From positions 441,688,001 to 441,752,000 of the forward strand of contig OZ024740.1 of the NCBI GenBank assembly GCA_964016885.1: a stretch of DNA of 64,000 bases, given 5' to 3'. This stretch comes from Eledone cirrhosa. Taxonomy: Eukaryota. Every line of letters begins with the position of its first letter. Within the stretch, counting starts at the first letter, position 1. A model generated the notes under the pieces. It searched no databases. It was given only the letters and a program-made list of their open reading frames with translations, and had not been told where the DNA came from. Shown piece by piece: positions 1 to 11,825 of the stretch. A program made the translations under genes and the position numbers.

Positions 1-276
1 TATGCACGTATGGATTCACCGAACATTTATTATAATGCTCGGTGTGTTTGTAAACAAACATCCCGTATTAAGCCGTAGTGTCTAGCAACCACCGTTGCTC
101 GTTTGTTCAACACTGACAAAGGAACGCTGTACTAGTTTCAAGCTTGTTAGCTATCGTCAGCAAGTGTTGAACAAACGAGCAACGATGGTTGCTAGACACT
201 ACGGCTTAATACGGGATGTTTGTTTACAAACACACCGAGCATTATAATAAATGTTCGGTGAATCCATACGTGCATA
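1..276. mobile_element. Fold-back/MITE-like palindromic element next to TA repeats
   Basis: 1-114 is the reverse complement of 163-276 with one mismatch seen (accaccgttg vs accatcgttg). The spacer is 48 bp. The right end runs into TA/TG-rich sequence; the left end may be cut by the window edge. Confidence 0.75.
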
Positions 277-356
277 TATATATGTGTGCATGTATGTATA
301 TATATATATACATACTACTGTACGTCGGTATACATATATGTATGTACGTGTACATA

Positions 357-357
<1 letters not shown>

Positions 358-395
<38 letters not shown>

Positions 396-495
396 CAGAT
401 ATAAAAGACAGCGAGAAGCGAAAACCAACCAAACAGTGAGTGTGTTCTGTTATTAATTCTGGCAATATTACGCAAATATGACCCTCCCCAAATAT

Positions 496-544
<49 letters not shown>
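358..544. repeat. Two (TA)n microsatellites (358-394 and 501-544) around a ~105-bp unique insert
   Basis: Read directly from the sequence. Confidence 0.9.
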
Positions 545-547
<3 letters not shown>

Positions 548-947
548 ATAATAAATTTGAAGACTAAAATCCAAAGAGGGCTCGATAAGGATAAATATAT
601 ATCAAATATATAAGAACCGTAGAGCAAATATTTATTAAAATAACAGATTAAAGTTTAAGCAAAGAATCGCTGCTTTCACCCTTAACGGGATCTTCTGAAA
701 CTAACAAAGTCAATCTGTAAACGCAGAACTGGATATTTCAAAAAACGTTGCAACCGGAGGAAGACAGGAAGACGATACTTTGGTTCGTGGTAACGTTCGC
801 TGGCTAAGAACGGGAAAAAACGAATATAATACGTCATTAATAGGAGCGGTGAAAAGCAATTACGCGCAAAGACAGAACCACGTTTATGGTATAAAAGAGG
901 TCGTAGACTAATGTTCTCTTAGGTGGTGCATAGAGACGTTCTCTGGC

Positions 948-1711
948 AATGAAGCTCTTGCTCGAAGTGGATTTGTCGATAAGGTAGCATATACAGAGTA
1001 CGAAAATAGACCTAGAAGAAATAGATCCCGTCGCATTTGTTGGTATAACCCACCATATAATATGGAGGTGACCACACCATTAGCTAAGATCTTTCTTTCC
1101 CTTATTACGAAGCATTTTCCCCCTACACATAAATATAGTAAAATTTTTAATAGAAATACTATTAAAATTTCTTACTCTACGACTCCTAACCTTGCACATA
1201 ACATCACAGCTTCAAATTTAGCTAAACTACCTAGCCGTAGGAACACGTGCAACCCTGTAGTTAGTACTAACTGTAATTGTAGGAACCGGGTTGACTGCCC
1301 CCTATCCGGGAAATGCCTCTCTAGTAACATTGTCTACAAATGTAAGGTTGAGACACCCACATCCCGTAGGGCCTACATAGGATTAACCGCCAATAGATTC
1401 AAGCAGCGTCTCTACATGCATACCCATTCTTTTCGTTACCCTCTTAGAAGGAATATGACGTCACTTTCAGCTTATATCTGGAGTCTTAAAGACAACCACA
1501 CCCAATATAAGTTACACTGGGAGATCCTAGCTAGGGCTAGATCGTATAACGGAAATAAAAGACCATGTGACCTCTGCGCCGCTGAGGCCCTGGAAATACT
1601 CTACGCCACAGACCACTCTTAAACAAAAAATCTGAGGCAATTTCGGCTTGTAAACATAAATTGCACAAAACTTTCCTGTATTACAGCCCCACGTTATACC
1701 CTAACGGATAG
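948..1711 (+). pseudogene. PLE ORF remnant: linker plus C-terminal GIY-YIG endonuclease, frameshifted near 1615
   Basis: The frame upstream of ORF 1062 reads NEALARSGF...RRICWYNPPYNMEV, then KHFP, KIFNRNTIKISYS, CNCRNRVDCPLSGKC, NIVYKC...YIGLT, FKQRLYMH, LSAYIW and CDLC. After the TAA at 1620-1622, a shifted frame continues LLNKKSEAISACKH to a TAG at 1709-1711. No RT domain is present. Confidence 0.85.
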
Positions 1712-2289
1712 TTCGATCTATACGTGGATATTTTACGTCTCGATGTAGGAGCTAAGTATATGTTTGTTTATACCTTTACTTATTTGCATAGGTAAGTATA
1801 TATTATCCGTATGTTTTGTGAAGGTACGTATACCTTCGCGTACGTATATTTGATTGTTATGGCGTATACATTTTTTTATATTTCTGGTACATATGGTTTG
1901 ACTATGTGTATACGGGAGTTTTGCGTCTGTGTGAGTATGCAGGTTCGTACGTATGTAGGGCGTGTGTATATGTGTACTTCATGTTTTGGTTGACTTACGT
2001 CTCCGAACATTCGTGTATTTACATGTAGGTATGTGTGTGCGCTTGTTATATACTTATTTATTTATTTATATACGTTTATGTAATTATTTATTTATTTGTA
2101 GACACGCTTACACACACACATATTTATATGTGCGTGGTTTTGTTTACCTATGGTAAGTTTTTGCGTATGCTTGTGTATGTACGTATTTGTTTGCGTGTTT
2201 GTATTTATTTATTTCTATTACTTCTGTATTGTATTTATTTACTTTGTTCTTAACTCTGTAGCGGAGATTCATTCGGTCTCCTAGTTAGA

Positions 2290-2665
2290 ATTTAGTCTAC
2301 GACTTCTGCTATACCATTTACGTGGTTTTGTCTTTGCGTGCTATTGTTCTCCACGCTCCACATATGACGTATTATCTTCGTTTTTTCGTTCATTGCCAGA
2401 GAACGTCTCTATGCACCACCTAAGAGAACATTAGTCTACGACCTCTTTTATACCATAAAGGTGGTTCTGTCTTTGCGCGTAATTGCTTTTCACCGCTCCT
2501 ATTAATGACGTAGTATCTTCATTTTTTCGTTCATTGCCAGAGAACGTCTCTATGCACCACCTAAGAGAACATTAGTCTACGACCTCTTTTATACCATAAA
2601 CGTGGTTCTGTCCTTGCGCGTAATTGCTTTTCACCGCTCCTATTAATGACGTATTATATTCGTTT
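2290..2665 (+). repeat. ~141-bp tandem duplication in the PLE 3' region (two close copies plus one diverged partial copy)
   Basis: ttcattgccagagaacgtctc starts at 2389 and 2530. A diverged tagtctacgac...atgacgtattatcttcg copy lies at ~2292-2385. Confidence 0.85.
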
Positions 2666-2780
2666 TTTCCCGTTCTTAGCCAGCGAACGTTTCCACGAAC
2701 CAAAGTATCGTCTTCCTATCTTCCTCCGGTTGCAACGTTTTTTGAAATATCCAGTTCTGCGTTTACAGATTGACTTTGTT

Positions 2781-2831
2781 AGTTTCAGAAGATCCCGTTA
2801 AGGGTGAAAGCAGCGATTCTTTGCTTAAACT
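2781..2831 (+). ncRNA. Non-canonical type I hammerhead-like motif in the PLE 3' end (inverted copy at 652-702, minus strand)
   Basis: Stem I agttt/aaact; core CAGAAGA; stem II ccc-gttaa-ggg; GAAA; stem III gcag/ttgc; putative CUU cleavage triplet. The core deviates from CUGANGA. Confidence 0.4.
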
Positions 2832-2850
2832 TTAATCTGTTATTTTAGTA

Positions 2851-2997
<147 letters not shown>

Positions 2998-3511
2998 CTT
3001 TGGTTTGCACTTGGAATGTGCCATCAGAGTATTCCGTGGAAGACCAGTGGTCACTCATGTAATTCATCACCCGCCCATCCCCATGCCCCCGATGGTCTTC
3101 AAAGGTAAAGACCTATACATCTTGGAATGTGTTCTCTCCCACAAACCCTTCCACTTGTATTACTGGTAATCTTTAAAGATTGGTAAATAAAGAACCAATC
3201 CGGGGGCACTGGATTGGTAAAATCGTTAAAGAGCCTGGTGAAATACCCTGCGGTAGTTTGGTTCTGCACTCACTGAGTTCAAACCCCACTATTTGTCACT
3301 GGTTTCCCGGTGACACTTCTTTCAGGAGCTACGATCGGCAGATATCATCAATAGAAAGCTCAATAAAAATAGTTTCTTTGAAGATCGGCTTCTTTCTTTT
3401 TCATCTTAGTAGATAGATGTTAACCAGAGATAATTAATATATTAGAAATATTTCACACTCCAAATAAACCTTTATATATTCATTAGAACTGTCTATAAAT
3501 ATTCAACTTAC

Positions 3512-3585
3512 CCCTTGCTTTACTTTGATTTTCCACATTCCTTTAGCTGGTTTGTCGGACAGCTGAAAGCTTTTGGAAATAACAC
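3512..3585 (-). CDS. TEP/A2M/CD109-like gene, sixth visible exon (MG2 domain; GVISKSFQLSDKPAKGMWKIKVKQG)
   Basis: ttttag acceptor and gtaagt donor; 74 nt, phase 1 to phase 0. Matches the MG2 pattern G..S.SF.LS..P..G.W.I. Confidence 0.9.
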
Positions 3586-3912
3586 CTAAAACATAGCATT
3601 ATTTGCATATTTAGTTTTACCAATTATAACTCTGGTAGCTCGGATGGCTATCAATGAGGTACATAACAAGCAGAGAAAGTTTGGCGTTTTACACAATGTA
3701 TTTGTCGTTATATGTGTGTGCGGGTGGCTGTGGATGTGTGAGGGGTATACATGTGGATGTATATGGGGTTCATACCAAAGAGAATTCTGAATAGCTGAGT
3801 TTACACTGCTGTAAGTTCCACATGTAATATAACTGTTGTAATGTGTTGTATAACTGTGCAATTGATTTGCAATGCTGCGCTCGATTTCTCTTGTAAAAAA
3901 AAGTGGCATTCT

Positions 3913-5420
3913 AACCCGAGTTAGAAGGGCTTTATTGGGTTATTAACGTCTCGTAAACCATGGTGAACCCGAGTTAGAAGGGCTTTATGGGCTTATTAAC
4001 GTCTCGTAAACCAGAGGTGAACCCGAGTTAGAAGGGCTTTATGGGTTTATTAACGCCTTGTAAACCAGAGGTGAACCTGAGTTAGAAGGGCTTTATGGGC
4101 TTATTAACGTCTCGTAAACCAGAGGTGAACCCGAGTTAGAAGGGCTTTATGGGTTTATTAACGCCTTGTAAACCAGAGGTGAACCTGAGTTAGAAGGGCT
4201 TTATGGGGTTATTAACGTCTCGTAAACCAGAGGTGAACCCGAGTTAGAAGGGCTTTCTGGACTTATTAACGTCTCGTAAACCAGAGGTGAACCCGAGTTA
4301 GAAGGGTTTTATTGGGTTATTAACGTCTCGTAAACCAGGGTGAACCCGAGTTAGAAGGGCTTTATGGGCTTCTTAACGTCTCGTAAACCAGAGGTGAACC
4401 CGAGTTAGAAGGGTTTTATTGGGTTATTAACGTCTCGTAAACCAGGGTGAACCCGAGTTAGAAGGGCTTTATGGGCTTATTAACGTCTCGTAAACCAGAG
4501 GTGAACCCGAGTTAGAAGGGCTTTATGGGCTTATTAACGCCTTGTAAACCAGAGGTGAACCTGAGTTAGAAGGGCTTTATGGGCTTATTAACGTCTCGTA
4601 AACCAGAGGTGAACCCGAGTTAGAAGGGTTTTATGGGCTTATTAACGCCTCGTAAACCAGAGGTGAACCCGAGTTAGAAGGGTTTTATGGGCTTATTAAC
4701 GCCTTGTAAACCAGAGGTGAACCTGAGTTAGAAGGGCTTTATGGGCTTATTAACGTCTCGTAAACCAGAGGTTAACCCGAGTTACAAGGGCTTTATGGGC
4801 TTATTAACGTCTCGTAAACCAGAGGTTAACCCGAGTTAGAAGGGTTTTATGGGCTTATTAACGCCTCGTAAACCAGAGGTGAACCCGAGTTAGAAGGGTT
4901 TTATGGGCTTATTAACGTCTCGTAAACCAGAGGTGAACCCGAGTTAGAAGGGTTTTATGGGCTTATTAACGCCTCGTAAACCAGGGTGAACCCGAGTGAG
5001 AAGGGCTTTATGGGCTTATTAACGTCTCGTAAACCAGAGGTGAACCCGAGTTAGAAGGGTTTTATTGGGTTATTAACGTCTCGTAAACCAGGGTGAACCC
5101 GAGTGAGAAGGGCTTTATGGGCTTATTAACGTCTCGTAAACCAGAGGTTAACCCGAGTTAGAAGGGTTTTATGGGCTTATTAACGCCTTGTAAACCAGAG
5201 GTGAACCTGAGTTAGAAGGGCTTTCTGGACTTATTAACACCTTGTAAACCAGAGGTGAACCCGAGTTAGAAGGGTTTTATTGGGTTATTAACTTCTCGTA
5301 AACCAGGGTGAACCCGAGTGAGAAGGGCTTTATGGGCTTATTAACGTCTCGTAAACCAGGGTTGAACCTGAGTTAGAAGGGCTTTCTGTATGTATTAAGG
5401 TCTCGTAAACCAGGGGTGAA
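3913..5420. repeat. 53-54-bp minisatellite, ~28 copies (AACCCGAGTTAGAAGGGCTTTATGGGCTTATTAACGTCTCGTAAACCAGAGGTG)
   Basis: Units start at 3913, 3966, 4020, 4074 and onward. The array is intronic. Confidence 0.95.
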
Positions 5421-5577
5421 TATCCTTCTCTTTAATTCAGTGAAAATAAAAACTATAATTATATTATGTAAGTGTACCTAAAGTAAAAGACATATTTAAT
5501 ATTAACCTCTGGATCGGGGTTTCTTTTTAGCTATGACCTGCATAATAACAGCCCTGAAATATTCCCTCTGCTTTCCT

Positions 5578-5632
<55 letters not shown>

Positions 5633-5638
<6 letters not shown>

Positions 5639-5845
5639 AAATGTTTAACCCCGACGACAGAGCTCAAGCCGTTTCGACGGCTATTTCTGGACTGGCTATT
5701 CAGTCCAGAAATAGTCGTAGAAAGGGCTTGATCTCTGCCGTCGGGTTTAAACATTTTCCTATTACCCACTCTACTACGCTAAGTATTGAGTACTCTGGTG
5801 CGTTATGGTCCATCTGGTTCCTTACCACACTTCCTTTGTTATATA
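5633..5845 (+). mobile_element. Short hairpin-headed element (family B, copy 1) in (TA)n, probably a PLE-type 3' end
   Basis: Imperfect palindrome at 5633-5762 plus a ~78-bp tail (tacccactctac...cttaccacac). The same tail occurs at 7670-7748. Flanked by (TA)n on both sides. Confidence 0.7.
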
Positions 5846-5851
5846 TATATA

Positions 5852-7125
5852 TATAAATGACATGAATCAAAGTTCTGTTCAAACCATTTATTAGCTTACA
5901 ATTGTTTCGTCCAAACCGAGGTTTGAAGTCTTCGGAGCAATTTTTCAATGATTGTTTACATACATGACCTCCTTTCCAACACAAGAGACATACAGAAACA
6001 TATGTATATATCGATGCACTGTGGGGTGACATCCATTGTAATATTTTTTGCATGGCAATTTAAATTCAAAAATTAAAATCAAAATCATATTAAAACAAAA
6101 TTAAAGTTAAAATACATCATCGGCAGTTTACGAAGATAATGCAAGAGTAGTTAGTGCATGCAATAGTTACACGTGGGGCATGCACGTGTGTCTTATTTAT
6201 ATAAGATTATTGTGCGGCAAGGTGTTATATGCAATACAAGCACTTTAAGCGGGTAATCAAGAGTATTATGGGGGTTGTATTGGTAAAGTATTTTTTATGT
6301 ATGATAAAGAAGCTTGTGTGCAGAGAAATATTAAAAATGGGAAGCAAAATAATGTTATGGTTTTTGTATACACCACCATTTTCACAATCCAGGAGACGTA
6401 ATATATAGATTATATGTCCTTCACATAATTAACGATGATTCAGTATTTGATGTTTGATGTATTAGGTTAGATTATTACATCTTGTTGCGGCTCAGTGTTC
6501 TTTAATCCAATTTCATAGAGCAGGTTGTTTTTGTAGCGAGAATTTACATCTCTTTATTTCATTTGTGAAAATGGTGGTGTATACAAAAATCATAACATTA
6601 TTTTGCTTCTCATTTTTAATATTTCTCTGCACACAAGCTTCTTTATCATACATAAAAAAATACTTTACCAATACAACCCCCATAATACTCTTGATTACCC
6701 GCTTAAAGTGCTTGTATTGCATATAACACCTTGCCGCACAATAATCTTATATAAATAAGACACACGTGCATGCCCCACGTGTAACTATTGCATGCACTAA
6801 CTACTTCAAATGACTAACAAACTATCCTCTTGCATTATCTTCGTAAACTGCCGATGATGTATTTTGACTTTAATTTTGTTTTAATATGATTTTGATTTCA
6901 ATTTTTGAATTTAAATTGCCATGCAAAAATATTATAAAGGATGTCACCCCACTGTGTATCGATATATACATATGTTTCTGTATGTCTCTTGTGTTGGAAA
7001 GGAGGTCATGTATGTAAACAATCATTGAAAAATTGCTCCGAAGACTTCAAACCTCGGTTTGGACGAAACAATTGTAAGCTAATAAATGCTTTGAACATAA
7101 CTTTGATTCATGTGATTTCTATATA
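5852..7125. mobile_element. Large fold-back element with ~530-550-bp inverted arms and a ~175-bp spacer
   Basis: ~5852-6387 is the reverse complement of ~6563-7125. The right arm carries a ~21-bp extra segment near 6806-6827. The ORF track gives the same peptide on opposite strands (5700..6053 minus, 6941..7126 plus). Confidence 0.85.
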
Positions 7126-7550
7126 ACTGCTTTGTAGAACAACTGATGTTATTACATTGAGCTATTTATCTTACTGGTAATAAGGTAGTAATAAATTACT
7201 GTCTTTCACTGTTTAGGGTTTAAAATATATATAACTATAAAAGGTTTTAGTATATACATAACCATAAATAGTATCCTTAATACTATATATATATATATAT
7301 ATACGTGTGTGTGTGTGTGTGTATCTATATAACTGTATATAACATCTCAATTAACAGGTGTATATTTTTATTTTTTATGTCATACAGAAAAATCCTCTGA
7401 AGAGAAGTCCCTTCTGTTAACGACGGCCTTATCAGTCTATTAAAGGGTTATCTGTTATTCTTTGGATTTTGATACTGCAGTAAGGATAATTGTTTAACTC
7501 TAGGGAAAGATGCTTCTACAGTCATCTTGCCCTCAGTGATATATATATAT

Positions 7551-7750
7551 ATAGGCAAAAGTATGACCCCGACGGCAGAGCTCAAGCCGTTTTGACGGCT
7601 ATTTCTGGACTCCAGAAATAGACATCGAAACGGCTTGAGCTCTGCCGTCGGGGTCATACTTTTTCCTATTACCCACTCTACTACCCTAAGTATTGAGTAC
7701 TCTGGTGCGTTATGGTCCATCTGGTTCCTTACCACAACTCCTTCGTTGTG
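7551..7750 (+). mobile_element. Short hairpin-headed element (family B, copy 2) in (TA)n
   Basis: Palindrome at 7551-7669 plus the same tail as 5763-5840. Confidence 0.7.
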
Positions 7751-7770
7751 TGTATATATATATATATATA

Positions 7771-7972
7771 TTAAAATAACAGATTAAAATTTAAGCAAAG
7801 AATCACTGCTTTCACCCTTAACGGGATCTTTTGAGTTTCAGAAGCAGCGATTCTTTGCTTAAACTTTAATCTGTTATTTTAATAGATATTTGCTCTAGGG
7901 TTCTTATATAGTTGATATATATTTATCCTTATTGAGCCCTCTTTGAAATTTTATCTTCATATTTATTATTAT

Positions 7973-7976
<4 letters not shown>
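7771..7976 (+). mobile_element. Fold-back fragment of the same PLE 3' end as 545-953 and 2529-2855
   Basis: 7771-7833 matches ~635-700 directly. 7834-7976 matches the reverse complement of ~545-702 with an internal deletion. Flanked by (TA)n. Confidence 0.8.
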
Positions 7977-8014
<38 letters not shown>

Positions 8015-8033
8015 ATAATAAATATATATATAT

Positions 8034-8120
8034 TCCTGACGAAGGCTAGAAGTGGTAACTAGCCGAATCCGCCAACCTCGCGGCAGCTCCTCTACATATT
8101 CTACTTTTCTTAATATAGAC
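8034..8120 (+). mobile_element. Short PLE-like end with a degenerate hammerhead motif
   Basis: CTGACGA-a-GGCTAG-(9 nt)-CTAGCC-GAAT at 8036-8068, directly after (TA)n. GAAA is altered to GAAT. Confidence 0.4.
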
Positions 8121-8160
8121 AGATAAATAGATAGAAAGTACGGGGTCATATTTTTATACA

Positions 8161-8335
8161 AGTAGATCCCGAGCACGAAGGCTGGATAGCATCAATAAGC
8201 TTCGCTGGTCTTGCTTGAGGATCCAGTCGGATCAGCTGGAAACGATTGCTTTTGACAAGACCCGCTGGAAGGAGTGTTTGAGGACTCTGCCCCCACAACC
8301 CTATCAGGAATAACTGGGCGAAGAAAAAGGAGAAG
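8161..8335 (+). mobile_element. 3'-terminal fragment of an RTE-clade (Rex3/Expander-like) LINE
   Basis: Translates SRSRARRLDSINKLRWSCLRIQSDQLETIAFDKTRWKECLRTLPPQPYQE*, resembling the RTE C-terminal pattern GRPRTRW.D....L.W..L.I...L......R..W...L..LPP. Recognised from recall. Confidence 0.65.
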
Positions 8336-8732
8336 TAAGTTAGAATACCATGGATACTGTTGGTGTTTGAAACCCAAACTGTGATATTGAACAAATTATA
8401 TTAAACCATTCTATGAGCTTGCTGGACGCTCTACTTAAACTGTCATCTCTGCTTTGTAATATTTAGACATTAGAACTTGTTTACAATAATTCCGAGTTGA
8501 CATAACTGACTTTTATATCAACGTGAGGCGACCAATTGTTAGACTAATAGAATGGTGTAAAACTTATTACTTCTTCAATAGCATTACCAGCGGAAGTGAA
8601 GTGAAATTACTACATCTGGGAACTGAAATGTAGTTCCGATCTTGGTGAAATTGGAGCTTACTTCAATAAATTGTAAAGCTTACGACTAAATGTTTGAAAA
8701 ATGATGAAAAAATTAAGCAACGGTTTACGAAC

Positions 8733-8784
8733 CTGAGTCGGAAGTTTCATTGTTCCATTTTTGCAATACGTTATCATTTTCATC
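8733..8784 (-). CDS. TEP/A2M/CD109-like gene, fifth visible exon (DENDNVLQKWNNETSDS)
   Basis: ttgttgtag acceptor and gttcgt donor; 52 nt, phase 0 to phase 1. Matches the MG2 pattern D..GN.I.QW. Confidence 0.88.
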
Positions 8785-8914
8785 CTACAACAAAACAAAA
8801 TATTAACATTGCTAGTGATTTAATGTGTCTGTAGGTGATCCTGCCTAACTTGTGGTGATCCTGTCTAATGTAGGTGATCCTACAACATTCTATCCTGGGA
8901 CATTCTAACCACAT

Positions 8915-11725
8915 GCCCATAGTATCGGAGCTGAGATCGCCCATAGTATGGGAGCTATTATTGCCCTTAGTATCGGAGATCTGATCGCCCATAGTATGGG
9001 AGCTGTGATTGCCCATAGTATCGGAGCTGTGATTGCCCATAGTATGGGAGCTGTGATTGCCCATAGTATGGGAGCTGTGATCGCCCATAGTATCGGAGCT
9101 GTGATTGCCCATAGTATGGGAGCTGTGATTGCCCATAGTATGGGAGCTGTGATCGCCCATAGTACCGGAGCTGTGATTGCCCATAGTATCGGAGCTGAGA
9201 TCGCCCATAGTATGGAAGCTGTGATTGCCCATAGTATCGGAGCTGTGATTGCTCATAGTATGGAAGCTGTGATTGCCCATAGTATGGGAGCTGTGATCGC
9301 CCATAGTATCGGAGCTGTGATCGCCCATAGTATGGGAGCTGGGATTGCCCATAGTATCAGAGCTGTGATCGCCCATAGTATCGGAGCTGTGATCGCCCAT
9401 AGTATGGGAGCTGTGATTGCCCATAGTATGGGAGCTGTGATCGCCCATAGTATGGGAGCTGTGATTGCCCATAGTACCGGAGCCGTGATCGCTCATAGTA
9501 TGGGAGCTGTGATCGCTCATAGTATGGGAGCTGTGATCGCTCATAGTATCGGAGCTGTGATTGCCCATAGTATGGCAGCTGTGATCGCCAATAGTATGGG
9601 AGCTTTGATTGCCCATAGTATGGGAGCTGTGATCGCTCATAGTATGGGAGCTGTGATTGCCCATAGTATGGGAGCTGTGATCGCTCATAGTATCGGAGCT
9701 GTGATCGCCCATAGTATTGGAGCTGTGATCGCTCATAGTATGGGAGCTGTGATCGCTCATAGTATGGGAGCTGTGATCGCTCATAGTATCGGAGCTGTGA
9801 TTTTCCATAGTATGGGAGCTGTAATTGCCCATAGTATGGGAGCTGTGATTGCCGTTAGTATTGGAGCTGTGATTGCTCATAATATCGGAGCTGTGATTGC
9901 CCATAGTATCGGAGCTGTGATTGCCCATAGTATCGGAGCTGTGATTGCCCATAGTATCGGAGCTGTGATCGCTCATAGTATGGGAGCTGTGATCGCCCAT
10001 AGTATGGGAGCTGTGATTGCCCATAGTATGGGAGCTGTGATCGCTCATAGTATGGGAGCTGTGATCGCTCATAGTATGGGAGCTGTGATTGCCCATAGTA
10101 TGGGAGCTGTGATCGCTCATAGTATGGGATCTGTGATTGCCCATAGTATTTGAGCTGTGATTGCCCATAGTATGGGAGCTCTGATCGCTCATAGTATCGG
10201 AGCTGTGATCGCCCATAGTATGGGAGCTGTGATTGCCCATAGTATGGGAGCTGTGATTGCTCATAGTATGGGAGCTGTGATTGCTCATAGTATCGGAGCT
10301 GTGATTGCCCATAGTATGGGAGCTGTGATTTCCCATAGGGTGGCAGCTGTGATTGCCCATAGTATGGGAGCTGTGATCGCTCATAGTATGGGAGCTGTGA
10401 TCGCTCATAGTATGGGAGCTGTGATTGCTCATAGTATGGGAGCTGTGATTGCCCATTGTATGGGAGCTGTGATCGCTCATAGTATGGGAGCTGTGATCGC
10501 TCATAGTATCGGAGCTGTGATTTCCCATAGTATGGGAGCTGTAATTGCCCATAGTATGGGAGCTGTGATTGCCGTTAGTATTGGAGCTGTGATTGCTCAT
10601 AATATCGGAGCTCTGATTGCCCATAGTATCGGAGCTGTGATTGCCCATAGTATCGGAGCTGTGATTGCCCATAGTATCGGAGCTGTGATCGCTCATAGTA
10701 TGGGAGCTGTGATCGCCCATAGTATGGGAGCTGTGATTGCCCATAGTATGGGAGCTGTGATCGCTCATAGTATGGGAGCTGTGATCGCTCATAGTATGGG
10801 AGCTGTGATTGCCCATAGTATGGGAGCTGTGATCGCTCATAGTATGGGATCTGTGATTGCCCATAGTATTTGAGCTGTGATTGCCCATAGTATGGGAGCT
10901 GTGATCGCTCATAGTATCGGAGCTGTGATCGCCCATAGTATGGGAGCTGTGATTGCCCATAGTATGGGAGCTGTGATTGCTCATAGTATGGGAGCTGTGA
11001 TTGCTCATAGTATCGGAGCTGTGATTGCCCATAGTATGGGAGCTGTGATTTCCCATAGGGTGGCAGCTGTGATTGCCCATAGTATGGGAGCTGTGATCGC
11101 TCATAGTATGGGAGCTGTGATCGCTCATAGTATGGGAGCTGTGATTGCCCATAGTATGGGAGCTGTGATTGCCCATAGTATCGGAGCTGTGATTGCCCAT
11201 AGTATCGGAGCTGTGATTGCCCATAGTATGGGAGCTGTGATCGCTGATAGTATGGGAGCTGTGATCGCTCATAGTATGGGAGCTGTGATCGCTCATAGTA
11301 TGGGAGCTGTGATTGTCCATAGTATCGGAGCTGAGTGCTCATATTATGGGAGCTGTGATTGCCCATAGTATGGGAGCTGTGATTGCTCATAGTATGGGAA
11401 CTGTGATTGCTCATAGTATCGGAGCTGTGATCGCCCATAGTATGGGAGCTGTGATTGCCCATAGTATGGGAGCTGCGATTGCTCATAGTATGGGAGCTGT
11501 GATTGCTCATAGTATGGGAGCTGTGATTGCTCATAGTATGGGAGCTGTGATTGCTCATAGTATGGGAGCTGTGATTGCTCATAGTATCGGAGCTGTGATT
11601 GCCCATAGTATCGGAGCTGTGATTGCCCATAGTATCGGAGCTGTGATTGCTCATAGTATGGGAGCTGTGATTGCTCATAGTATGGGAGCTGTGATCGCTC
11701 ATAGTATGGGAGCTGTGATCGCTCA
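8915..11725. repeat. 24-bp minisatellite, ~117 copies (GCCCATAGTATGGGAGCTGTGATY), intronic
   Basis: Read directly. Each unit contains the inverted repeat CCCATA-G-TATGGG, and the array has an internal 720-bp duplication. Confidence 0.97.
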
Positions 11726-11825
11726 ATAACATTTCAGTTATATTGAAATGTTAAACATAATTAAAAATATAAGTCCATGAAATTCTTTTATTATCTTACA
11801 GGTTTCATTGATTAGTCTATGACCG

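Noticed and set aside
1062-1622. Stand-alone functional GIY-YIG nuclease gene
   Set aside because: The ATG is internal to a truncated PLE ORF, the C-terminus is frameshifted, and RT is absent.
3913-5420. CRISPR-like regular array
   Set aside because: Contiguous tandem units with no unique spacers and no cas genes, in a eukaryotic intron.
8780-11732. 846-aa His/Ser-rich protein and opposite-strand MGAVIAHS ORFs
   Set aside because: Translations of a 24-bp minisatellite lying between two phase-compatible exons; there is no non-repeat domain.
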